From Vampirovibrionaceae bacterium NZW_1234 (lineage in GTDB: Bacteria; Cyanobacteriota; Vampirovibrionia; Vampirovibrionales; JAGQHJ01): a stretch of DNA of 26,225 bases. How positions within the stretch are numbered: position 1 is the stretch's first letter; every line of letters begins with the position of its first letter. This document shows, one piece after another, positions 18,853 through 26,225 of the stretch. A program made the position numbers and the translations under genes. The stretch covers positions 1 through 26,225 of the forward strand of contig JBGUGD010000036.1 in NCBI GenBank assembly GCA_041697335.1, read 5' to 3'. Under the pieces are notes generated by a model that worked only from the letters and a program-made list of their open reading frames with translations, ran no database searches and was not told where the DNA came from.

Positions 18853-20001
18853 CTAGGTCAGGTTGCCGCGACGTTCCTGATCCCGTTCGATAGCTTCAAA
18901 CAAGGCTTTAAAATTGCCTTTTCCAAAGCCTTCGGAGCCTTGGCGCTGGATGATCTCGAAGAAGAAGGTTGGGCGGTCCTGGATGGGTTGGGTGAAAATC
19001 TGGAGCAGGTAGCCTTCTTCATCGCGGTCGATGAGGATGCCAAGCTTGGCCAGTTCGGCCAGGGGTTCGGCAATATCACCGACGCGCTGGGCAATGTCAT
19101 CATAATACGCTTGGGGTACGGTCATCAGGTCCACACCGTTTTGTCGGAGGGCCGAGACGGTTTCGATGATGTCATCGGTGGCAATGGCAATGTGCTGGGC
19201 ACCGGCGGAGCCATAGTAGTCCAGGTACTCCTGGATCTGGGACTTGCGTAACCCGGCAGCCGGTTCGTTGATGGGCATTTTGACAGAGCCCGAGCGGTTG
19301 GCCATGACCTTGGAGACCAGGGCCGAATACTGGGTGCTGATGTCCTTTTCATCGAAATGGCGTAGGACATAGAAGCCAAAGACCGATTCGTAGTAGCGGA
19401 CCCAGTGATCCATAAAGCCGGTTTCCACGTTGCCCACAATATGATCGACCCGCTTGAGGCCCGTGGACCGACCCGGCACATGCAGGGGCTTAAACCCGGG
19501 CTCATACACCCCTTGATACCCTTCTTTGCTGACCAAGGTATGGGTGGTGTCGCCATAGGTGGCCAGGGTCGCCTTGGTCACCACACCAAATTCGTCTTCC
19601 AGGGTGATGGGGGCTTGAACCGACGTGGCGCCCCGGTCAACGGCCAGGCGATAGGCCGCCTCAACATCAGACACCTTCATGCCGATGTCTTTCACGCCGT
19701 CCCCATGGCGCTGGACATGGAGGCTGGCCGGATGGTCCGGTAACAGGGCCGAGGTCACCACGAACTGGATATTGTTCTGGCGAAGAAGATAAGAGGCCGT
19801 CTCCCGATAGCCGGTTTCCGGGCCGCGGTAGGCCACAATGTCAAAGCCGAAAAGCTTGTTGTAAAAGTAGGCCGCCTGCTTGGCGTTGCCCACATAATAC
19901 TCGATGGCGGCAAAGTCCGAAACCGGAATTTCGGACACGGATGTCGAGTTGGCGTTGGGGTTGGTCATGGGCGGGGTCATGGGTTCCGTGGTCATCATCA
20001 T
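18853..20001 (-). CDS. hppD: 4-hydroxyphenylpyruvate dioxygenase
   Basis: EYYVGNAKQAA, HGDGVKDI, DHIVGNV, KMPINEP, SQIQEYL, QHIA, YLLQIFT, FFEIIQR and GFGKGNFKALFEAIE; start placed at ATG 20001 after GGAGG. Confidence 0.95.
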   Translation of the reverse strand: MMMTTEPMTPPMTNPNANSTSVSEIPVSDFAAIEYYVGNAKQAAYFYNKLFGFDIVAYRGPETGYRETASYLLRQNNIQFVVTSALLPDHPASLHVQRHGDGVKDIGMKVSDVEAAYRLAVDRGATSVQAPITLEDEFGVVTKATLATYGDTTHTLVSKEGYQGVYEPGFKPLHVPGRSTGLKRVDHIVGNVETGFMDHWVRYYESVFGFYVLRHFDEKDISTQYSALVSKVMANRSGSVKMPINEPAAGLRKSQIQEYLDYYGSAGAQHIAIATDDIIETVSALRQNGVDLMTVPQAYYDDIAQRVGDIAEPLAELAKLGILIDRDEEGYLLQIFTQPIQDRPTFFFEIIQRQGSEGFGKGNFKALFEAIERDQERRGNLT

Positions 20002-20060
20002 CCTATCCCTCCAGAGGTTTCCGGCCCCATGGGCATGGCGTCGGGCCGGGATCAATGAAT

Positions 20061-20089
20061 ACTATCGCGATGCTCTTATCAAAGCGCAA
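20061..20089 (-). promoter_or_regulatory. Possible sigma70-type promoter of hppD
   Basis: TTGCGC-17 bp-GATAGT on the minus strand. Confidence 0.3.
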
Positions 20090-20103
20090 ACAAAGCCGTT
20101 TGA

Positions 20104-20469
20104 CTATCCACCGGGGCGCCCATGGGGCACGAGGCCCTCGGGGGCGTAGGTGCACATGAAGTCTTCAAACTCGCCGACGGCCACCTGGACCAGTTGGGGC
20201 AGTTGGGGCTTCAGGGTGTCGTAAAAATGGCGGGCCAGGTTTTCGCCGGTAGGGGCAAAGTCATAGCAGGCATTCAAGTCCTTGTCATGGGGCAAGAGCT
20301 TTCGGACCCGAGGGACCAAGTCGAAATAATTGAAGACAATACCGGGCTCGGCCAAGGTGTCGGAGCCCAGCGTGACACGCACCACCCAGTCGTGGCTGTG
20401 GGGCTGGGGCCGAAGGGTATCGAGCGAATGGGTCGCCGTGAAACGTTCGGTCAGCGTAACGTAATACAT
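20104..20469 (-). CDS. QueD/PTPS (T-fold) family protein with atypical HSH motif
   Basis: FTATHSL, PHSHDW.V.V, HDKDLN and PTGENLA. Confidence 0.75.
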   Translation of the reverse strand: MYYVTLTERFTATHSLDTLRPQPHSHDWVVRVTLGSDTLAEPGIVFNYFDLVPRVRKLLPHDKDLNACYDFAPTGENLARHFYDTLKPQLPQLVQVAVGEFEDFMCTYAPEGLVPHGRPGG

Positions 20470-20477
20470 ACGGCAGC

Positions 20478-21029
20478 TTAGCGAAGCACAAAGGCCTGCT
20501 GGGTTTCGATGGTATCAAGCCGCCGAGGTTCCGGGTATTCCAAGCGATAAATGGCGGCTTGGCCACGGGATTCTTCGACCGAAAATTCCACCTTGCGAAT
20601 GGCCGCAGTCGGATATTGGGCCTTCAGGGCTTGCAGGGTGCGGTGGCACAGGTATTGGCCCAAGCGCTCGGCACTGGTGTTGGGCACCGGCAGGACAATG
20701 ACATCGCGCATGGGAATGACCCAGCGATCGCCGTTCTGGTAGGTGGCCTGGATGTGGTTGTCATCCAACTGCGTGACCGTTAGGTATTTGCTGAACTGGG
20801 GCAGCAGGGTACGGTGATCAATCTCATCGCACACGGCTTTGACCATGGGTTTAATGTGCAAAAAGTCGATAAAAATATCGTTTTCAGCGTCCAAGATCCC
20901 TTCAATCTGCATTTGCACCTGATAGTTGTGCCCATGCAGTTCTTCCCGGCTGCCGTCTTCAAAAATCAAAAAGTGGGCTGCGGCAAAGTTGAAGTATTCC
21001 TTGTAGATTCGAATGCCAAAGGTTTCCAT
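20478..21029 (-). CDS. QueD/PTPS family protein with E-x2-HGH (PTPS-III-type) motif
   Basis: FAAAHFL, REELHGHNY, IDF..IK, DHRTLLP, NTSAERL and VEE. Confidence 0.85.
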   Translation of the reverse strand: METFGIRIYKEYFNFAAAHFLIFEDGSREELHGHNYQVQMQIEGILDAENDIFIDFLHIKPMVKAVCDEIDHRTLLPQFSKYLTVTQLDDNHIQATYQNGDRWVIPMRDVIVLPVPNTSAERLGQYLCHRTLQALKAQYPTAAIRKVEFSVEESRGQAAIYRLEYPEPRRLDTIETQQAFVLR

Positions 21030-21067
21030 CGCGAGGGTTTCCTGTGGGTTGGCTGTTGCTTCAGGCT

Positions 21068-21096
21068 ATTGTAGCCCAAGGCCACACGCATGCCAA
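21068..21096 (-). promoter_or_regulatory. Sigma70-type promoter of the PTPS pair
   Basis: TTGGCA-17 bp-TACAAT on the minus strand, about 40 bp upstream of ATG 21029. Confidence 0.55.
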
Positions 21097-21167
21097 GCCA
21101 AAGGGGGCAGCCCCACTTTTCCGGTACGTGAGTGCCATGGTGCGACTCTGAATAAGAACCTGTGCGC

Positions 21168-22514
21168 CTAGGCGTGTTCGGAAATAACCTGCTCCAGAAT
21201 ATCCACGGCCGTATCCACGTCTTCGGCATCAATCACCAGAGGCGGGCTGAAGCGGATGGTGTTTTCACCGCAGCCCAGGATCAAGAGGCCTTTTTCAAAG
21301 CACTTGTCCACAATGGTATCCCGCAAGGCCGGAGCTTTAGCTTTGGTCTGCTTGGATTCGATGACCTCCAGCCCAATCATCAGCCCGCGACCGCGCACTT
21401 CACCCAGGCAATCGTAGCGAATCACCAGCTCCTGCAAGCGGGTCATCATATATTGGCCTTGCTGGGCACTGTTTTGCAGCAGGCCGTTTTGCAGCAGATC
21501 CATCGTCGCCAAGGCAGCGGCACAGGACACGGGGTTGCCGCCAAAGGTCGTGGCGTGGCTGCCCGGAGGCCAATCCATCACATGAGCCTTGGCAATAATG
21601 GCCGCGAGCGGCATGCCTGAAGCAATGCCCTTGGCGCTGGTCATAATGTCCGGCTCAATGCCGTCATATTCGCACGCCCACATCTTACCGGTGCGCCCCA
21701 TACCGGCCTGGACTTCATCGGCAATGAGCATGATGCCGTATTCGTCACACAACTGGCGCAGGCCCGGCAACCAGTTCTTGGGTGGCACCACGTAGCCGCC
21801 TTCGCCCTGCACCGGCTCCACGAGAATCCCGGCCACTTCGTCCGGGTGCGTAATCATTTTGAACAGATAGTTGCGGATGTAATCCAGGCAGGCCTCGGCT
21901 TCGGCTTCCGGCGTGCTTTGCCCGAAGAACGGGCGGTAAGGATAAGGGTAATGGGCATGAAGCACGTTGGGTAGAAACGGCGCAAAGTGCCGACGCTGCA
22001 TATACTTGCTGGCCGTCACCGACATGGCCCCATAGGTGCGCCCATGAAAGCTGCGAAAGAACGAAATAATGTTGGGCCGCTTGGTATGCGAGCGGGCCAG
22101 CTTGAGGGCCCCTTCCGTGGCCTCGGCCCCGGAGTTGCCGAAAAAGACTTTTTTCGGTGTCGATCCGGCCGAGGTTTCATCCAGGCGTTGGGCCAACTCG
22201 GCCATGGGCGCATAATAGAAGTCCGTACCACTCATGTGGAGAAACTTTTCAGCCTGCTCCTGAATGGCCTTGACCACCTTGGGGTGGCTGTGCCCGGTGG
22301 AATTCACCGCAATCCCGGCACAAAAATCCAGGAACCAGTTACCATCCAGATCCTGCACCATGGCCCCTTCCCCCCGGGCAATGGCAAAGGGATAACCCCG
22401 GGTGTAGGAAGGAGAAATGTATTTCTGATCCTGCTCGATGAGGGCTTTGACCTGGGGACCCGGCAACGGGGTCGAAATGATGGGGCGCTTAGGGGCAGTG
22501 GTGGTTTCTGGCAT
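21168..22514 (-). CDS. Class III PLP-dependent aminotransferase (4-aminobutyrate/acetylornithine aminotransferase family)
   Basis: DLDGN.FLDF, NSGAEA, FHGRT, EPVQGEGG, DEVQAGMGRTG, SAKGIASG (PLP Lys), TFGGNP and RGRGLMIG. Confidence 0.92.
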   Translation of the reverse strand: MPETTTAPKRPIISTPLPGPQVKALIEQDQKYISPSYTRGYPFAIARGEGAMVQDLDGNWFLDFCAGIAVNSTGHSHPKVVKAIQEQAEKFLHMSGTDFYYAPMAELAQRLDETSAGSTPKKVFFGNSGAEATEGALKLARSHTKRPNIISFFRSFHGRTYGAMSVTASKYMQRRHFAPFLPNVLHAHYPYPYRPFFGQSTPEAEAEACLDYIRNYLFKMITHPDEVAGILVEPVQGEGGYVVPPKNWLPGLRQLCDEYGIMLIADEVQAGMGRTGKMWACEYDGIEPDIMTSAKGIASGMPLAAIIAKAHVMDWPPGSHATTFGGNPVSCAAALATMDLLQNGLLQNSAQQGQYMMTRLQELVIRYDCLGEVRGRGLMIGLEVIESKQTKAKAPALRDTIVDKCFEKGLLILGCGENTIRFSPPLVIDAEDVDTAVDILEQVISEHA

Positions 22515-22633
22515 GGGGCTTCTCCTTTCCTCGACGTTCCCTCCTTAAGGGCTAATGGAATGGTATCAGAAAATTACCCAAAAATTGACCCACCTGCCTG
22601 AGGGTCTGTCCTGGATGAGCTTCCGGCCCAGGG

Positions 22634-22662
22634 TTGACATGTCCGGTCGGGGCTTTTATGAT
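22634..22662 (+). promoter_or_regulatory. Sigma70 promoter of tRNA-Ala
   Basis: TTGACA-17 bp-TATGAT, 36 bp upstream of the tRNA. Confidence 0.8.
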
Positions 22663-22698
22663 TTCCATACTTACGGTGTGTTTTGCACATCCCTTCCT

Positions 22699-22774
22699 GG
22701 GGCATTAGCGCAGTTGGTAGCGCGTCTCAATGGCATTGAGAAGGTCAGGAGTTCGAATCTCCTATGCTCCACCA
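22699..22774 (+). tRNA. tRNA-Ala (GGC)
   Basis: 76 nt from GGGGCAT to ATGCTCCACCA; D-arm GCGCAGTTGGTAGCGC; anticodon stem TCTCA/TGAGA with loop ATGGCAT; T-loop GTTCGAATC; G3-U70 alanine identity pair; encoded CCA. Confidence 0.97.
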
Positions 22775-22890
22775 GTTTTAGACATCGGAATCTCCCGCAA
22801 CCTTCTCAGTTTCAGAAATTGGGAAATAATTTTGGTGCGTTTCCCTATATAGATTATGTAGATGAACATAACAAAAGGGAAACTCACACG

Positions 22891-24021
22891 ATGCGTGGAA
22901 AACGACGAATCAGCCCAACTTCAAAACAACTTCAAAATTCTAAGAATGCTCTGATGAATAGTGGTGCAGCTTGCTATACAGTTGCCGAAGCCGCTCAAAT
23001 CTTGGATAAATCCATTCAAACCATCACCAATTGGTGTAAAACAGGAAGAATCCAAGCTCTTCCTGTTCCATTTGGACTTAAAGTCACTTGGCAAATTCCT
23101 CAAATCAGCATTGAACTCATTAAACAACAAGAAAAGGTCAAAGAAGCTCGTAAAAACAGCTTTACGCCTATAAAAGATACTGAAAAACAGCTCGATTTAC
23201 TGCCAGTATTCGATAAGGCTTGCTTAAATGGAGTCATTGGCGGGAGATCCTTCAGTGAAAGAACCATTGAGGTCAATCACTACTATATCGACAAGTTTCT
23301 CAATAAGTATGGTGTCGCCAATTCAAAGACCTTAAAACAAGAGCTAGCCGATATTCATCCTGAACTGTTTGCCAAAAGAGAGAAAACCTGGACTGCTTTA
23401 CGGTGCTTTATGAAATGGATGGTCGATGAAGGTTTTGCTGATGTCAGAATCCTTGAAGGATTCCCTGACAAACCTAAAAGACATAAACCGCCCAAAAGGA
23501 CTTCTTTAACGGAAGAACAACTTGATCAAATGGAAGCTGCTTGTAAGAACATTTACGAAAAGACGGTTGTAATTGTCCTCTCTCAAACAGGTATCCGTTC
23601 TGGGGAATTCTGTAACCTCAGATGTGAGGACATTGATCTGGAGAATCGTGTCCTTTATATAAGGAAAGCCAAATGGGGTAAAACCCGTAAAGTCGCTTTG
23701 ACCCGTAAAGCGGCTGAGACGTTACAGGCGTATCTTGAAGAGCATCCTCGTAAGCCCAAGGATAGGATGTTTTTGAACAGCTTGGATAAACCGCTTCATC
23801 GAGATGGTTTAATCAATCGATTAAGGAGAATTGGGCAAAGAGTTGGCGTTCATGCTCACCCTCATGCCATGAGAAGAGCTTTTGTAACCATTAACATTGC
23901 CAAAGGACGAAGTATCGTTGATATTCAGGTGCTTTGTGGACATACGAGAATCTCTACTACAAGAGAATACTGTCAAACCACGAATGATGATGCGGTTAGT
24001 CGGATGAAAGATTGGGATTAG
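22891..24021 (+). CDS. Tyrosine recombinase/integrase with N-terminal excisionase-like HTH
   Basis: Catalytic set TGIRSGE (R), KAKWGK (K), HAMRR (HxxR), LCGH (H) and TREY (Y); N-terminal YTVAEAAQILDKSIQTITNWCKTGRI. Start at 22891 (or 22954); the listed 22555 start reads through the tRNA. Confidence 0.9.
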   Translation: MRGKRRISPTSKQLQNSKNALMNSGAACYTVAEAAQILDKSIQTITNWCKTGRIQALPVPFGLKVTWQIPQISIELIKQQEKVKEARKNSFTPIKDTEKQLDLLPVFDKACLNGVIGGRSFSERTIEVNHYYIDKFLNKYGVANSKTLKQELADIHPELFAKREKTWTALRCFMKWMVDEGFADVRILEGFPDKPKRHKPPKRTSLTEEQLDQMEAACKNIYEKTVVIVLSQTGIRSGEFCNLRCEDIDLENRVLYIRKAKWGKTRKVALTRKAAETLQAYLEEHPRKPKDRMFLNSLDKPLHRDGLINRLRRIGQRVGVHAHPHAMRRAFVTINIAKGRSIVDIQVLCGHTRISTTREYCQTTNDDAVSRMKDWD

Positions 24022-24176
24022 GATATTCTCAGTAACAGGCTCATAGAAGCTCTGACCTACCAAGGCTTAGCCATGTGTATAATGAAGAAGAGGCACCTAG
24101 CCTGAAGCTGATGGTGTCCTTGATTGAATTCTCAGTATTTGATTGTCGAGTTTGTTGGAGCAAGGAGCATAAGTAG

Positions 24177-24803
24177 ATGGAAGAACAGACCTTAGAAGAA
24201 GAGCTGAAGCAGAAGAGGCATCTTGAATACCCTTTTATAGATTTAAGTGGTCATCATACCATATATGCTAGCTTTTCTGACATAATGAGAGAGTTATCTG
24301 AGCATTGTATAGGCTTAAACAGAGTCTCTATTATTGTAGATTGTGTGCATAAAAATCCTAAATACCCACCAACGAAGGATAATTTTAAAGATTCTCAATA
24401 TTATAGTGCTTTTGTATGGCCTGTAGAGAGTGGATATAGTGCTATGAAGCAAATGAGAGCATTCTCTTTCAATTGTATTGACCTTCCCCAAGAGCTATGC
24501 TATCCACATCTTCATGAATTTATTTATGATTTTAGCCATGATCCAGAAGATTATACTCATCTTATAGGCTATGCTCGAAATTTCAAAAAAGAAATACTTG
24601 AGATTGTTCTTAAACATCAGGGTAATCATGAAAAACTTGGTAAAGCACTTGATAAAATATCTGACCAAGTAGATAAAGAGCAAGGTGATTTCTCATTCGG
24701 TGCTATATGGAGTGAGCTTGAGAAAGATAATTATGTAACACTTCAAGAGACTTGGTGGCATCTCACAGATAAAGGAATTCAATATCTGAATGATCTCCAA
24801 TGA
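24177..24803 (+). CDS. Hypothetical protein with possible C-terminal winged-helix
   Basis: 208-aa ORF with AAGGAG RBS; C-terminal ELEKDNYV...WHLTDKGIQYL pattern. Confidence 0.6.
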   Translation: MEEQTLEEELKQKRHLEYPFIDLSGHHTIYASFSDIMRELSEHCIGLNRVSIIVDCVHKNPKYPPTKDNFKDSQYYSAFVWPVESGYSAMKQMRAFSFNCIDLPQELCYPHLHEFIYDFSHDPEDYTHLIGYARNFKKEILEIVLKHQGNHEKLGKALDKISDQVDKEQGDFSFGAIWSELEKDNYVTLQETWWHLTDKGIQYLNDLQ

Positions 24804-24865
24804 TGACATCGAAATACTCCCCATGAGACTCTAAGGTGGTTTAAAAACTATCCTCGCATTATTTA

Positions 24866-24904
24866 TTAAACAAAAACAATGGGTCACTTTTTTAAGGTGA
24901 CCCA
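24866..24904 (-). terminator. Intrinsic terminator of the leftward element genes
   Basis: TGGGTCAC/GTGACCCA stem followed on the minus strand by TTGTTTTTGTTT. Confidence 0.75.
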
Positions 24905-24913
24905 CCTGTGCTC

Positions 24914-25267
24914 TTACTGCTCTGCCCATACTTTAAGGCGGTTAAAACTTATATAATACTCGCCTTTTTCTTCAAGGGTTTGCGTTATATAAGCCCTCGC
25001 ATAACTTTTACCTATTGCTGTGATTTCATAATCGGGGAGATTCCCACACTCATCATCAAGAAACCCTAAGTTAGAGAGTTTTCTTGTTAATTTATGAGGA
25101 AATCGTGTTTTATCATCGAAAGAATCCCGAGGTAATTTATCGAACATAAAACCGCAATAAAGATCCTCAGGAAATCTATCGGTCATGTAATATATTGCTA
25201 GCATATCCCACTCACTTTTTGTAAGTGTTACGCCCACATTTATTTCAATATCAGGATTGTCTAACAT
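24914..25267 (-). CDS. Hypothetical protein, possible winged-helix (start likely at MLDNP)
   Basis: ORF with AAGGA RBS before ATG 25267; KLSNLGFL...YEITAIGKSY pattern. Confidence 0.55.
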   Translation of the reverse strand: MLDNPDIEINVGVTLTKSEWDMLAIYYMTDRFPEDLYCGFMFDKLPRDSFDDKTRFPHKLTRKLSNLGFLDDECGNLPDYEITAIGKSYARAYITQTLEEKGEYYISFNRLKVWAEQ

Positions 25268-25294
25268 TGATTTTATTCCTTTTTTTGCTACTGC

Positions 25295-25330
25295 CTCAGA
25301 ACCCAACCAATTCCCCAAAGCCAGCTACCT
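25295..25330 (-). repeat. 36-bp intergenic motif, copy 1
   Basis: CTCAGAACCCAACCAATTCCCCAAAGCCAGCTACCT (plus strand). Confidence 0.85.
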
Positions 25331-25340
25331 GTTAGGTCAA

Positions 25341-25556
25341 TTAGAACAAGAGAAATCGCTTGGCTTTTTCCTTGTTTTCACAGAACTCTCGAAACTCCTT
25401 AAAAAAGTCGTCAACATCATGCTTGGTTAATAGGATGAATATATCGCTGTCCTTTATTACCACCTGTCTTCTTGTTTGGCTAGGGTGCATAATCGTGCAA
25501 ACAACGGAATCAAAACGGATTGCACCATAATCATGAGTGAAATAATAATTTTTCAT
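25341..25556 (-). CDS. Small hypothetical protein
   Basis: 71-aa ORF with AGGAG RBS, collinear with its neighbours. Confidence 0.55.
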   Translation of the reverse strand: MKNYYFTHDYGAIRFDSVVCTIMHPSQTRRQVVIKDSDIFILLTKHDVDDFFKEFREFCENKEKAKRFLLF

Positions 25557-25581
25557 ACAAATACTCCTATATTTTTTCTAA

Positions 25582-25617
25582 CTCAGTCCCCAACCAATCC
25601 CCCAAAGCCAGCTACCT
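25582..25617 (-). repeat. 36-bp intergenic motif, copy 2
   Basis: CTCAGTCCCCAACCAATCCCCCAAAGCCAGCTACCT; 33/36 identical to copy 1. Confidence 0.85.
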
Positions 25618-25633
25618 TAGCTAATTAGTGGGA

Positions 25634-26224
25634 TTAAATCCAAGGCTCATCATCTACAAATGAAAAGTCATCATCATCGCTTTCTGTATTTGACTCCTCA
25701 GGTAAGTCCTCACTAACCGGCTGTTGGATAGGCTCATCAAAAATTGGCTCTGGAGGAGATGTTGTTTTCTCCACAACCGTTGTCTCCATGCCTGGGTATT
25801 CACGCAAAACATTAAAGTATTCATACCAATCAATCCGAGAGATGAACTGGTTCGCTATTGCCATTTCTTCTTCTGTAAGAGGCTCAGAAGGCTTCCAGTT
25901 AATTTGGTACTGAGTTGAATAGCTTTGACCAGTATAAGAAACCCGAAAAGTATAATCTTTCCATACATCAAAGCCCCCTAATTCTTGCATGTATTTCATT
26001 TCATGCTTAGGTGAGAGAATATATACCTTTGGACTGTCTTCGTGCCAAACGATAGCAAGGTATTTACGTTGCCGTTTCAGACCTTGAGTACAGCCGGGAC
26101 AATTTTGGGGTAAACAATCATATCGAACAGACTGCTTCCCTAATCCTGATGAATGGTAAGTAAACGCAACCGGCTTGGTTAAAACACGGTAAATAACTGG
26201 CTGGCCAGCTCGAAGGACTAGCTC
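25634..26224 (-). CDS. Putative phage gp32-like single-stranded DNA-binding protein, 5'-truncated by the window
   Basis: My manual translation shows the frame open from the window end: ...IYRVLTKPVAFTYHSSGLGKQSVRYDCLPQNCPGCTQGLKRQRKYLAIVW...DYTFRVSYTGQSYSTQY..., ending in an acidic tail ESDDDDFSFVDDEPWI. Confidence 0.6.
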   Translation of the reverse strand, partial: ELVLRAGQPVIYRVLTKPVAFTYHSSGLGKQSVRYDCLPQNCPGCTQGLKRQRKYLAIVWHEDSPKVYILSPKHEMKYMQELGGFDVWKDYTFRVSYTGQSYSTQYQINWKPSEPLTEEEMAIANQFISRIDWYEYFNVLREYPGMETTVVEKTTSPPEPIFDEPIQQPVSEDLPEESNTESDDDDFSFVDDEPWI

Positions 26225-26225
26225 A

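Larger units (their letters stand above)
22775..26225. mobile_element. Integrated element (prophage/satellite-like) at the tRNA-Ala 3' end; continues beyond the window
   Basis: Abrupt shift to AT-rich sequence after the tRNA, adjacent tyrosine integrase, small hypothetical genes and an SSB-like gene; the second att site is not in the window. Confidence 0.8.

Noticed and set aside
21030..21167. preQ1 riboswitch upstream of the QueD-like genes
   Set aside because: No recognisable preQ1 stem with an A-rich tail, and the promoter candidate leaves only a short leader
22555..22890. N-terminal extension of the integrase ORF
   Set aside because: It overlaps the tRNA and its promoter; a fortuitous open frame

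Overview
Bacterial chromosomal window; the cyanobacteria-like GroEL and the gene set suggest (inference only) a Cyanobacteriota relative such as Vampirovibrionia/Melainabacteria. Bases 1-22.7 kb look like host core genome: a 5'-truncated PEP-utilising phosphotransferase, a PaaK-like ligase, a SAM methyltransferase, an unusual (YS)8/Gly-Tyr-repeat EF-hand protein, groES-groEL, a type IV pilus/T2SS-like cluster (lipoprotein, secretin, PilB with MshEN-like N-terminus, PilC), an Fe/Mn SOD, a zinc-ribbon/degenerate-cyclase/STAND-ATPase/TPR protein, hppD, two atypical QueD/PTPS paralogues, a class III aminotransferase and tRNA-Ala(GGC). Directly after the tRNA the sequence becomes AT-rich and an integrated, probably phage-like element begins. 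It carries a tyrosine integrase with a fused excisionase-like HTH, small hypothetical genes, and a gp32-like Zn-binding SSB candidate cut by the window end. The most notable unexplained signals are (i) an intergenic array of five 25-bp palindromes at ~43-bp spacing with compensatory base changes (18425-18621), (ii) a conserved 36-bp G-rich motif between consecutive genes of the integrated element, and (iii) the low-complexity Tyr/Gly-repeat protein with a repeat-flanked hairpin 3' of it.
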